From Eledone cirrhosa (Eukaryota): a stretch of DNA of 64,000 nucleotides. Below are positions 37,926 through 51,400 of the stretch, in pieces. Where the stretch lies: assembly GCA_964016885.1 (NCBI GenBank), contig OZ024740.1, positions 347,200,001 through 347,264,000 of the forward strand. Direction: 5' to 3'. Below the pieces are notes generated by a model. It saw nothing but the letters and a program-made list of their open reading frames with translations, ran no database searches and was not told where the DNA came from. The translations under genes and the position numbers were made by a program. Within the stretch, counting starts at the first letter, position 1, and every line of letters begins with the position of its first letter.

Positions 37926-39499
37926 GCAACGTTCACCAGAGGAAAGCTGCTGAAGAATCAGACATTAATCTTGATCGGGGGAACGTGATAAGAGAACTTG
38001 ATCAAGAAAAAACTTACAAATATCTAGGTGTTCGTGAAGGAGACGGAATCAAGCACTCGACAATGAGGGAAAGGATAAGGAAGGAATGTTACCGCAGAGT
38101 AAGAGCAATCTTAAGAACGGAATTGAATGCAAGGAATATGATCGATGCCATAAACACGCTTGCCATACCAGTAGTAACCTACAGTTACAATGTCATCAAC
38201 TGGTCAAGCACAGAGATCCGTAGGCTCGATACAAAAATTCGAAAATTCTTAACCATGCACAGAATGCATCACCCTAAGGCAGATATAGATAGAATATATC
38301 TCCCTAGGAAAGAAGGAGGACGTGGGTTAATCCAGTTAGACATTGCGTTGAAAACTGCAACAATTGGATTATCTACATATCTAAGGGAATCACATGATTG
38401 GATGATCAAACTCGTTTTGAAACACGAAAGCATCAAAAGATCATATTCCATTACAAAAGATGCACAAAGATACAGTAATGGACTACAAATTTCAGAAGTC
38501 CCATTTACTGCTGAAATGGAAAACACAGAAAAAGCAGAGCAGGTAAAAGTAACTGCAAAGAAAGAACTGCTACAGAAACTGGCTAAGAAATGGCAAGAAA
38601 AGCCTCTGTATGGAAAATACCCAGAGCGAGCTAACAATCCTGATGTTGACGAAACTTTAACCCATCAGTGGTTGGCATCCTCTGGACTGAAATCGGAGAC
38701 TGAAGGACTGATTATATCAGCACAAGATCAGTGTCTGCCAACAAAAAATTACCAAGCCAACATAATAAAAAATGGATGCAGCCCATTATGCCGTGTATGC
38801 AAAAAACAACCAGAGACCATTGACCATATAATTTCAATGTGCAGTCCTATAGCTCCAACGGAATACCTAAACAGGCATGACAGAGCTGCACAATACATAC
38901 ATTGGATAATGTGTAAGCATTTTGACCTGCCCCATCAAAATAATTGGTGGGAGCATCAACCACCTCCCATACTTGAAAAAGATCACATCTCAATCTTATG
39001 GAACTTTAGCATCCAAACAGACCGAAAAATAGATGCAAATAGACCTGATATAATATTGAAGGACTTTAAAAAGAGGGTATGCCTGCTAATTGATATGTCT
39101 GTTCCAATAGACAAGAATGTATCTATAAAAACATTTGAAAAATTGAGCAAGTATAAGGACCTGGAGATAGAAATTGGAAAAATGTGGAAATTGAGAACTA
39201 AATCAATACCAGTGGTTGTAGGCGCTCTGGGAATGATACCAAAGGGGTCTAATGATTACTTATCGTAAATCCCAGGAAACCCGCGTATAGGAAAAATACA
39301 AAAGATAGTACTAATGGGAACTGCCCATATACTAAGGAAGATTCTGTCAATATAAGTACATCATAAGTCTAAACACTAAAGATGCATGTGTGAGTATGTA
39401 TGTTCTTTCTTGAACATGGCGGACATTGTTCTCTTTTGAGGTCACTGGTTGTGACTTGGTGATAACTCGTATGAACATAAAGCAAGATAAATGCAACGG
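37924..39499 (+). mobile_element. Family 1 5'-truncated copy
   Basis: ORF 37985-39268 is near-identical to the C-terminal part of the family 1 ORF. Same 3'UTR. Confidence 0.93.
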
Positions 39500-39518
39500 T
39501 AATAATAATGATAATAAT

Positions 39519-42500
39519 GTTTTCTGTATTAACCACAAGGGTTTACATAAAGTAGACATTAAGGACAGTTCAGGACAATACAGGACTGTACAAATGGGCA
39601 TTTCTGCGTGTAAAAAAAACAGAGGATGTAATAAAATAACAAAGAAAAATTCCCCAATGGGGGGGGGGGGGGGAGACTTCCGAGCGACATTTGTGGAGAA
39701 AGCCCATTAAAAGACCACAGTGACCCTGAACATCAGGGCAAGTGTCCTTTCCCAGTTTTCCACCTTTAATTTACAAACATATACTCAGAGTAGGCCCATT
39801 CACTCGGGCCATACTTGCTTCTCTCACCCATCTTTCAACAAAATGCTGGGAAGAGAGCACTTGCCTCTCTACCCTGATTTTCCTTTTCAAATGAAATTTG
39901 AAAAAGTTAATCAGGGCATCACCGAAGAGGTAAATGCTCGTCTTCAGCCCTTTCAAATGTGTCCACCATACTATCTCTTTCGCCATGGCCACCAGATAAA
40001 TAAAAACTGCCTGCCCTTCCCGGCTAAAGGAAGAGAGCGGGGCAATCCTCACGATGGACTCAGCTGATAGCCGGATCCGTCCTACACGTGACAGCAGGTG
40101 TTCGACATAAACCCACAAGACAGCAATACTCGGACACTGGACGAGTGCGTGCAGGACGGTTTCGTCGCCTTGCGCGCATCTCGCACATGCCCGGCTGACC
40201 GCACCTCTATGCCTGTAGAGTTTATCCCGGACTAGCAAAGATCCCCGGTAGCACTGCCAGGCCAGGGATTTCTGGAAGTTGTCCATAGGCCCCGGCCCGA
40301 AAGTCCGTCCAAAGAGATTGGCTAGTTGATTTTCGTCGACGCCTAGAATTTCTCCAAGTACGTCGTCGCTCTTCCCCTCCACTAATCCTCTATAGAACGC
40401 CAAGGTGGAGTTTCCACCGATCACATTGCCGGATTGGTCGAGGGCTGTGAGCGCCTGAAGACATTCCAGTCTCCAAGCGCTCCCTCTCGGTCTTCGCTTG
40501 ACCCAGGACTACAGCTCCGTCAAGGAGACTAGCTGGGGAAAGACGCGTCTACCAAATGGCGACCACACCTGATCACCGTTGAGGAAGAGGTGGAGATGTC
40601 GCAGCCTGAGCGCGTGTCTGCGCATCATCAGCCACGGCATACCCAGCCCTCCACGTAGCGGGTGTTAACAGCAGATGGACCGCCTGACCATCGGAGCGCG
40701 TCCCTTCCACAAAAAGCGAAAGAGCAGACGCTCCAGCGCAGTCAGGCGGGGCTTAGGTACGACGGTCAGGCGGTAGTAGATGACGGACGCGATGTACGCG
40801 TTAGCCACCTCCGCTCGACCTTTCAGGGATAGCTTCCTCTCCGCCCATTTCTGGGTGAGAGAAGCCACCCTGCTCGTCACCTCGTCCCAGTTTTTGTCCG
40901 TCTGGAGGTCCGGACCGAACCAGACCCCTAGCAATTTAACCGGTCCGTCCGTCCAGCGCCCGACGATGCTGTTGGACGGCATGGACCTGCCTCTTCAGGT
41001 ACCGAGCTGCAGCCCCACTGACTTTTCCTGGTTGATCATTGCTCCTTTCACCGCTTCGTATTCTCTTAGTGTAGTGCCGATCGCCTCGATGTGTTTGGCG
41101 TTTGACACCACTACGGTGACATCGTCCGCATATGCTGACACGGATCTTCCGCATCCTAGTTCGTGCGGGACCCCCTCAACGTCTCCAGTTTGTGCAGTAA
41201 TGGCTCGAGAGTCAATACGTACAAGAGGGACGAGAGGGAGGGGACATCCTTGGCGGACAGAGCGCATGATGTTGAACGGTTCCGAAAGGTGACCGTTCAC
41301 TCTGACCACAGAGCAGAAGTCGCTGTGCATGGCAGCGATCCAGCCTCTGAAGACGGGCCCAAAGCCAGCCGCCCTCAGGACTGCCGCTAGGTAACGATGG
41401 TCGACCCTATCGAAGGCTTTCGACTGATCTAAATTGATCAAGGACCCATCCGTGCCAGGTTCCCTAGCTACCCTCTCTACGATGTATCGCATGAGGTGGA
41501 GGTTGTCGTGGATGGATCTGTCGGGAATGGCGCATGTCTGCGCCTCTCCCACCAGACTACCAACGACAAGCACCAACCTCTCTTCTAGCATCTTGGCCAA
41601 AATCTTGAACTCTGTGTATAGCAAAGTTATGGGCCTAGAATTATCTATGATATCCCCCTTGTTCGGATCCTTTCTCAGCATCGCCACTGCTCCTGGGCTT
41701 ACAGAGCTGGGAATTCTCCCGTTCTGTTGCCAGTTTCAGTAGACGTCCGCCAAGAGGCCTCCGAACAAGTCTGACATCTGTACGTAAAGTTCATAGGGCA
41801 GACCATCCAAACCAGGCGATTTACCCCTTGTGCAGCTAGTCATTGCCTCCCGTACTTCAGCGGCTGTTATCGGCTTTTCGCAACACTCCGCCTCAGTGGC
41901 CGAGAGCCGCGGCAGTCCGTCGAGGTAGACACTAAAGTCCATCCCTCGATCCGGCCCGCCGCTGCCCCCGAAAAACTGAGCGAAATGTCGCTGAAAAGCT
42001 TCACACATTTTCCCGGGATCGAGTAACATGCGCCCGTCGTGGTCCACCAAAGACCGGGTCGTGGCTTTGTTGCCATGATACGCCTCCGCCACTCGGGCCC
42101 ATTGAACGGCTTTCGTCCCCATGTCTGAGAGCACGCACCCTAGCTCTGACAACGCAGCCTTCGTGCTTTGCATTGAAGAATTGGTCAAGGGCCAATTTCA
42201 CCGCAACACGTCGGTCGCGATGCCTTTGCAAAGCGCCTCATCTAATTTTCTAACTAATTCTCCCTCTGCTCTATTTTTCTCTATTGCGAAAGCCTTACTA
42301 AACCTAATGGACTCTATTGTAATTGCTCTTTTCAGAGCAAACCACCACTTGTTGTTGACGATGGCCCCCGTCAACGCCCGCTTAACTAGTTCGCTAATCC
42401 GGTCTCTGTAGGCCTTGCGCGCTGGTAAGGACGCGTTTAGCTTCCAGTAGCCGTGTCCTCGTCTTTGAAGCCTATCTAAGTCAAGTACACAGATCACGAA

Positions 42501-45500
42501 TTTGTGGTCCGTGTAGCTGACTATCTTGAATTGTGGACAGCCTATGCTAGACCTATCTATTTCTCTACAAAATACTCTATCTAGATATGATCTGGATGAC
42601 CCTATGCGATTTGTCCAAGTCCACATTGGCACATTCGGGAAATCCAATCGGTACCTGTCAGACAGTTCAAAATGCCTGAGCAAGTTGGTGAGGCTCTTGC
42701 ACCCTCCACCCCTATCCGCTAATCCCACACAGTCCTAGCGTGCATCTAAGATCCCGTTCCAGTCGCCCACTAACACTAAAGAGCGGGACGTTCCAAGAAA
42801 GGTCTCCAGACGCCGGAAGAAATCAGGCCGCCCTGCTCCTGTCGGGGCATAGACGGCCACTAACCTGAAAGCTTGCCCGTCTCCGCTGGTCACGTCTAGC
42901 ACCACCAACTTACTTTCTGGGTCCAGGAAGATGGCCTGTATGGCGAGATCCAAACCTCTCCGAAAAAGCACAGCAACTCCACCCCCCGATCCAGGACGGC
43001 TGGGAGATGCGTACACATCGTAGCCGCCGAAGATCGGTGCGAAGGCCCGTGCTTCGGAGATTCTGGTCTCGCTGATGGCCACTACATCTATGTTTAGTGA
43101 CCTGAGGTCGTTGAGCAGGTGGCCCTGCTTCCATGACGACCCCAAGCCACGCGCATTTATGCGGCCTATTCTGAGTGAGGTCATGTTGAAATGGAGTGGA
43201 AAAGATGGGAAAGACCACTTACCTTACTTCTCGTAGAAGGACGGTTTTTCCATCCTTTTCACTGCTTGTTGCCTCCTCAGGAAGGATGTCCTTATAAATC
43301 CTCCTGGAGAGTGCTTGTCGGAAGTCTCCGATGTCTTTGGGGAATTTTTGTTTTAGTGTCATGTACGTTTTCTGTGTGATGCGAGTGATTTGTATGTGTG
43401 GAGGTGGTGTGAATTTTTGGGTTGTTGTGTAGTCTTTTTCTGTGATGCTGGTGTTGTGTTGGATGTAGTGTAATAATTGGTTGTTGTTCAAATTTAATTG
43501 TTTCTACTATTGGCACAAGGCCAGAAATTACCCAGTACATTACTGGTACTTTATTTTATCGACCCCGTAAGGATGAAAGGCAAAGTTAACCTCGGCGCGA
43601 TTTGAACTCAGAATGGCAAGGGCCGTAACTCTATGCGTCAAAGCATGGCGTCCGACCCTCTACCGATACTGCCAATCCACCGCCCTTGTTCAAATTTAAT
43701 GCTGTGTAGTGTGTATCGTTTTGGTTGTTTTGTTTTGTTTGCGTTTGTTGTGGGCTTGTTTCTGTTTCGCCTTTTGGTGACTTTTGTGGTGTAGGTGACG
43801 GTGGTGTTGGGGTTAATGATGGTGATGTTGTTGGTGTTTGGGGTGATGGGGTTGGTGATGCTGGTGTGGATGGTGGCATATCTGTCCTAACTTTTTTGTT
43901 TGTTTATCTATCTGTATCCCTCTGTATTTTGTTTTTGGAGGGGGAAGGAAGAGAATTTTTTCTTTTTTAGTTTCTTTTTTTCTTTTTTCCTGATACCGTT
44001 TCCCACTCCTCGTCGTCACAATCTATCTCCAGTTGTGATAAGCCGGGGAGTGGAAAATCCTCCACAGGCGTTAGTTTTGGTTGTGGCGTGGTGGATGGTG
44101 TAGGCGCTGGTACTAGTTCTGAAGCGTTGGGTGGTGGTGGTGTTGGTTTTGCTACTGTTGCTGTGGTTGTTGCTGTTATAGTTGCTTCTGTTGTTGGTGC
44201 TACAGTTGTTGCTACCATCTCTGCTACTGGTGGTGTTGATGGTTGAGTCACTGGGGTGGGTATGAGAGGTGGCCTCAACCTTTTAGCCTGAGGGCAGAAA
44301 GCCCTTAGGTGTGTTCCTTCACCACAAACGACACACCTAGGCCTTCTGCCTTCGACAATTACGGTGAGGTGGCTGCCGTCAGTGAGGTCTATTACCTCTG
44401 GGATCTCCTCAATGCTTTTTTGGTCCGCTTGGATCAGGAGCTCCATCCCAGATCCGGACCAGTCCTCCTGCTTTTCTTTTGATATTGCTATTATCATTGT
44501 GTTGGCTTCGATGCCGACGAGGACAGCCGCTATTAGCCAGGGAATTTCGATGGCCGGTGGAACGTGGGTCACCCTGATCTTTACGAGTCTCTGGCCACAA
44601 TAGCTTGGGACGAGTGTGAAGTCGTCACTTCTTAATGTGGCCATGGAGTGTTCTCTAGCCTCCTCTGGTGTTTCAAAGAACACGTCCACGGTTCCATACT
44701 TCTGCCCACGTTTGATGTGGGTTTTTCTTGCCCACACATGTCCCAAAGCTTTTTGGATTTGGGACTCGGATGCCCGTTCCACTCGGCGCGATTTTACATT
44801 AATTGTTCGATACGACACGGTGCATAGGCGCCGATGCTCCATTTTATTAGGTGGGGGTGAGACTGACCCTGTACCCATCTTTCTTTACCATTTATTTGGC
44901 ATTTTCTAATTCCTCCTGAGTTACCGTAAATGCTTCGCACTGTTTTGCTACTCTGGCAAAACTCAGGGTGGTTTTTTTAATGTCATTGTTGCTGTTGTTG
45001 TTATCGTTATTTTTGTTATTATTAATTTTAGTTTCAGTTGTGGTGGTGGTGACGTCAGTGGTGTTCGGTCTGGATGACTCCATTTTGGTTGAAAACATTT
45101 CGACATCACGAGTTAATTTATTTTTTTCTTTTGTTTCTGTTGTCGCCGTGGTGGTGGCGGCTTTAACACCTGCAGTCATTGGTAATGGCGGGAAATGAAT
45201 GTCTTCCTGAGACAAATTTAAAATATTGCTACTGCTTATATTTTTAGTGTTTGGCAAACGTAGTAATATTTATAATGGTGGTGTCGGTGTGAGGTGTTAG
45301 TTTGTGAGGAAGGAGTGACTCTGCGTCATCCAAGATTTTTCAAAGAAAAATTTTTGTTTCATAATTATAAAAGTTTAAATTTTGGGCTCAAGGCCCCAAT
45401 CTTTTTGGGTGTCCTTTTCAGATAACAATGTATGTGCACTTATACACAGTTAACAATAAAAGATTTCCATGAATAGCAATTTTAAACAACTGAAAATAAC

Positions 45501-45547
45501 AAACCTTTGCGGAGCTCACGATGATACGATTTACTACGTATGTCGCC
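39519..45547 (-). mobile_element. Full-length decayed Tx1 element (element B)
   Basis: ORF2 fragments (39771-43184) are near-identical to 48418-51837. ORF1 fragments span 43219-45257 with knuckle CVVCGEGTHLRAFC. Both ends abut (AAT)n. Confidence 0.93.
43499..43685 (-). mobile_element. tRNA SINE inserted in ORF1 of element B, 15-bp TSD
   Basis: ttgttcaaatttaat at 43484-43498 and 43686-43700. A/B boxes and Nin-like core present. Confidence 0.95.
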
Positions 45548-45640
<93 letters not shown>

Positions 45641-45644
<4 letters not shown>

Positions 45645-47665
45645 GACCTATCACATGTCTGTCCGTAATGTGGAAACTGTTGACGAGCATTGTGTCTGAG
45701 GAAATCTACCATCACCTCCACACAAACAACTTGTTACCGGACGAACAGAAAGGATGCCGAAAGAAGTCACGTGGTACAAAGGACCAGTTGCTTATTGATA
45801 AGATGGTAATGGGGAATTGCAGGAGGAGACACACTGATGTTGCACTGGGATGGATAGACTACAGAAAGGCATTTGACATGGTGCCTCATTCTTGGATCAC
45901 CAAAAGCCTGGAGATCTTCAAGGTGGCAGATAACATCAGACAGTTGTTGGGCAAGAGTATGAGGTCCTGGGAAACAGAGTTGACATCAACTGGAGAATCC
46001 TTGGGAAGCGTGAAGATCAAGAGAAGTATCTTCCAGGCAGATAGCCTGTCCCCTCTATTGTTTGTCCTTGCCCTGATGCCCTTGACCATTATGCTGCGAA
46101 AAGTGAGAGCAGGATACAAGTTGGGAAAGGGAGAGCTTACCATCAATCACCTCCTCTTCATGGACGATCTTAAGCTCTTCGGGAAAAGTGAGAAGGAGTT
46201 GGATGTGCTTGTTGACACTGTCCGTATTTTCAGCAGTGATATATGTATGCAGTTTGGTATTAGTAAATGTGGAGTCATTGTGATGAAGAGGGGTAGGTTG
46301 AGCAGAAGTAACGGGATCCAGATACCAACAGGTGAGATGATAAAGGAAATTTACTCTGAAGAAGGATACAAGTATTTGGGCGTTCTGGAGGCTGATGACA
46401 TCAAGAACAAAAAAATGAAGGAATTGATAAGAACTGAATACATTCGGAGAGTAAGGAGCGTATTAAAGTCACATCATCTGAACAGTAGGAATGCCATAAG
46501 TGCAGTAAATTCCCAAGCTGTGTCTATTATTAGGTACAGTGCGGGAATTCTGAGATGGAATGTTGCTGAACAGAAAGAAATGGATAGGAAGACTAGGAAG
46601 CTATTGACTATTTACAACATGTTCCACAAGAGGAGTGATGTTGATAGACTCTACTTAAGGAGATCTGAGGGTGGAAGAGGTCTTATCAGCATAGAGGACT
46701 GTGTTCAGATGGAGAAACACAACTTACACAAATACGTGACTGATAGTAAGGAGCCAATGCTCAGAACTGTACTGAAGGGGGGGACAATAGGCCAAGGGAT
46801 GTCCAAGGAGGAAATAACATCAAGGAGAAAGAGCAGCCTTTAGGAAAAATGCCTTCATAGTACCTTCTTTGAGAAAACTGAATTTCGAGATCCACAGACA
46901 TGGAACTGGTTGAAAAGAGGAGACCTTAAAAAGGCTACAGAAGGAATTTTAATGGCTGCGCAGGACCAGGCCCTCAAAACGAAGTGGTTGAAACACCATA
47001 TTTACAAGGAGGAGGCTAGCCCACTGTGCAGGATCTGTGGAGAGAGAGGGGAAACTGTGGCTCACATTGTTTCCGAGTGTAAACACCTAGCCAAGACTCA
47101 CTATAAGGGCTGGAGACATGATGTGATGGGCAGGGTGATCCAATGGCACCTATGCAAAGTAAACAATTTACCACATTCTGAGAAGTGGTATGAGCATAAA
47201 CCAGAAGCGGTGATAGAAAACGATCAGGTGAAGGTGCTGTGGGATTTTAGGATACAGACGGACAAGAAACTGGAACACAATAAACCTGACCAGGTGGTTT
47301 TCGACAAAGAAAAAAGATCGTGCCTGATGTGGCCCATTCGACACGAGAGTGCAAGAGAAGGAGAGGGAGAAAATTAACCGATACCAGGACTTAAAGTGGG
47401 AGGTAAAAAGGATTTGGAACTGCCATGAAGTCAAAGTGATACCGATTGCCATAGGCGCACTAGGGACTATCTCAAAAAGTTTCCAGGGATGGTTAAAGAA
47501 AATTGGCCCCTTCACGCTTTTTGGAACGCTTCAAAAGGCATGCTTGCTGGGAACAGCAAGAACCCTCCGATACGTCCTGAATATCTGAGGCTGCAGGTAG
47601 TCGCTTGATATTCATTTCAACAAACTTTCCAGTTAACTAACATCAATGACTGAGACTCAAAGAAG
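45641..47665 (+). mobile_element. R4/Dong-like family 2, 5'-truncated (RT-CCHC-RLE), disrupted
   Basis: [27 protein letters not shown] and FMDD motifs. The 3' part matches 32670-33577. Confidence 0.92.
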
Positions 47666-47671
47666 AACAAC

Positions 47672-47728
<57 letters not shown>

Positions 47729-47729
<1 letters not shown>

Positions 47730-48100
47730 TTTTCTTTATTAACCACAAGGGTTTACATAAAGTAGACATTAGGGACAGTACAGGACAATACAGGTACAAA
47801 TGGGCATTTCTGCGTGTAAAAAAACAGAGGATGAAATAAAATAACAAAGAAAAATTCCCCAATAGGGGGGAGACTTCCGAGGGACATTTGTGGAGAAAGC
47901 CCATTAAAAGACCACAGTGGCCCTGACCACCAGGACAAGTGCCCTCTCCCAGTTTTCCACCTTTAATTTACAGACACATACTCAGAGAAGGCCCATTCAT
48001 TCGGGCCATACTTGCTTCTCTCACCCATCTTTCAACAAAATGCTGGGAAGAGAGCACTTCCCTCTCTACCCTGATTATCCTTTTCAAATGAAATTTGAAA
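47729..48100 (-). mobile_element. Tx1 short 3' fragment (element C)
   Basis: Matches the 3'UTR and ORF2 end of elements B and D. (AAT)n on both sides. Confidence 0.9.
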
Positions 48101-48156
<56 letters not shown>

Positions 48157-48417
48157 TTTCTTTATTAACCACAAGGGTTTACATAAAGTAGACATTAAGG
48201 ACAGTGCAGGACAATGCAGGACGGTACAAATGGGCATTTCTGCGTGTAAAAAAAACAAAAATAGAGGATGTAACAAAAATAACAATGAAAATAACAATGA
48301 AAAATTCCCCAATAGGGGGGAGACTTCGGAGGGACATTTGTGGAGAAAGCCCAGTAAAAAGCCACAATGACCCTGACCACCAAGGCAAGTGCCCTCTCCC
48401 AGTTTTCCACCTTTAGT

Positions 48418-51400
48418 TTACAGATATATACTCAGAGTCGGCCCATTCACTCGGGCCATTCTTGCTTCTCTCACCCATCTTTCAACAAAATGCTGGGAAG
48501 AGAGCACTTCCTTCTCTACTCTGATTTTCCTTTTCAAATGAAATTTGAAAAAGTCAATCAGAGCATCACCGAAGAGGTAAGTGCTCGTCTTCAGCCCTTT
48601 CAAACGTGTCCACCATACTATCTCTTTCGCCATGGCCACCAGACAGATAAAAACTGCCTGCCCTTCCCGGCTAAAGGAGGAGGGCGGGGCAATCCTCACG
48701 ATAGACTCAGATGATAGCTGGATCCGTCCTAAACGCGACAGCAGGTGTTCGACATAAACCCACAAGTCAGCAATTTTCGGACACTGGACGAGTGCGTGCA
48801 GGACGGTTTCGTCGCCCTGCGCGCATCTCGGACATGCCCGGCTGACGGCACCTCCATGCCTGTAGAGTTTATCCCGAACTGGCAAGGCTCCTCGGTAGCA
48901 CTGCCAGGCCAGAGATTTCTGGAAGTTGTCCATAGGCCCTGGCCCGAAGGTTCTTCCGAAGAGATTGGCTAGTTGATTTTCGTCGACGCCTAGAGTTTCC
49001 CCAAGTACGTCGTCGCTCTTCCCCTCCACTAATCCTCTATAGAACGCCGAGGTGGAGTTTCCACCGATCACATTGCCCGATTGGTCGAGGGCTGTGAGCG
49101 CCTGAAGACATTCCAGTCTCCAGGCGCTCCCTCTCGGTCTTCGCTTGACCCAGGACTGCAGCTCCGTCAAGGAAACGAGCTGGGGAAAAACGCGTCTAGC
49201 AAACGGCGACCACACCTGATCACCGTCGAGGAAGAGGTGGAGATGTCGTAGCCTGAGCGCGTGCCTGCGCATCATCAGCCACGGCATGCCCAGCCCTCCA
49301 CGTAGCGGGTGTTGACAACAGATGGACCGCCTGACCATCGGAGCACGTCCCTTCCACAAAAAGCGAAAGAGCAAACGCTCCAGCGCAGTCAGGCGAGGCT
49401 TAGGACAAGGTACGACGGTTAGGCGGTAGCAGATGACAGACGCGATGTACGCGTTAGCCACCTCCGCTCGACCTTTCAGGGATAGCTTCCTCTCCGCCCA
49501 TTTCTGGGTGAGAGAAGCCACCCTGCTCGTCACCTCGTCCCAGTTTTTGTCCGTCTGGAGGTCCGGACCGAACCAGACCCCTAGCAATTTAACCGGTCCG
49601 TCCGTCCAGCGCCCGACGACGCTGTTGGACGGCATGGACCTGCCTCTCCAGGTGCCGAGCTGCAGGCCCACTGACTTTTCCTGGTTGATCATTGCTCCTG
49701 TCACCGCTTCGTATTCTCTTAGTGTAGTGCCGATCGCCTCGATGTGTTTGGCGTTCGACACCACTACGGTGACATCGTCCGCATATGCTGACACGGATCT
49801 TCCGCATCCTAGTTCGCGCGGGACTCCCCTCAACGTCTCCAGTTTGTGCAGTAATGGCTCGAGAGTCAATACGTACAAGAGGGACGAGAGGGGACATCCT
49901 TGGCGGACCGAGCGCATGATGTTGAACGGTTCCGACAGGTGACCGTTCACTCTCACCACAGAGCAGATGTCGCTGTGCATGGCAGCGATCCAGCCTCTGA
50001 AGACGGGCCCAAAGCCAGCCGCCCTCAGGACTGCCGCTAGGTAACGATGGTCGACCCTATCGAAAGCTTTCGACTGATCTAAATTGATCAAGGACCCACC
50101 CGTGCCAGGTTCCCTAGCTACCCTCTCTACGATGTATCGCATGAGGTGGAGGTTGTCGTGGATGGATCTGTCGGGAATGGCGCATGTCTGCGCCTCTCCC
50201 ACCAGACCACCAACGACAAGCGCCAACCTCTTTGCTAGCACCTTGGCCAAAATCTTAAACTCTGTGTTTAGCAGAGTTATGGGCCGGAAATTGTCTATGT
50301 TATCCCCCTTGTTCGGATCCTTTCTCAGCAATGCCACCGCTCCTCGGCTCACAGAACTGGGAATTCTCCCGTTCTGTTGCCAGTTGCAGTAGACGTCCGC
50401 CAAGAGGCCTCCGAACAAGTCTGGCATCTGTACGTAAAGTTCATAGGGCAGACCATCCAAACCAGGCGATTTACCCCTTGTGCAGTCAGTCATTGCCTCC
50501 CTTACTTCAGCGGCTGTTATCGGCTTTTCGCAACACTTCGCCTCAGTGGCCGAGAGCCGCGGCAGTCCGTCGAGGTAGACACTAAAGTCCATCCCTCTAC
50601 CCGGCCCCCCGCTGCCCCCGAACAGCTGAGCGAAGTGTCGCTGAAAAGCTTCACACATTTGCCCGGGATCGAGTAGCATGCGCCCGTCGTGGTCCACCAA
50701 AGACCGGATCGTGGCTTTGTTGCCACGACGCGCCTCCGCCACTCGGGCCCATTGAACGGCTTTCGTCCCCTCGTGTCTGAGAGCACGCACCCTAGCTCTG
50801 ACAACGCAGCCTTCGTGCTTTGCATTGAAGAATTGGTCAAGGGCCAATTTCGCCGCAAGCACGTCGGTCGCAATGCCTTTGCTAAGCGCCTCGTCTAATT
50901 TTCTAACTAGTTCTCCCTCTGCTCTATTTTTCTCTATTGCTAAAGCCTTACTAAACCTAATCGATTCTATTCTAATCGCTCTTTTCAGAGCAAACCACCA
51001 CTTGTTGTTGACGATGGCCCCCGTCAACGCCCGCTTAACTAGTTCGCTAATCCGGTCTCTGTAGGCCTTGCGCGCTGGTAAGGACGCGTTTAGCTTCCAG
51101 TAGCCGGGTCCTCGTCTATGAAGCCTATCTAAGTCAAGCACACAGATCACGAATTTGTGGTCCGTGTAGCTGACTATCTTGAATTGTGGACAGCCTATGC
51201 TAGACCTATCTATTTCCCTACAAAATACTCTATCTAGATATGATCTGGATGACCCTATGCGGTTTGTCCAAGTCCACATTGGCACATTCGGGAAATCCAA
51301 TCGGTACCTGTCAGACAGTTCAAAACGCCTGAGCAGGTTGGTGAGGCTCTTGCACCCTCCACCCCTATCCGCTAATCCCACACAGTCCCAGCGTGCATCT

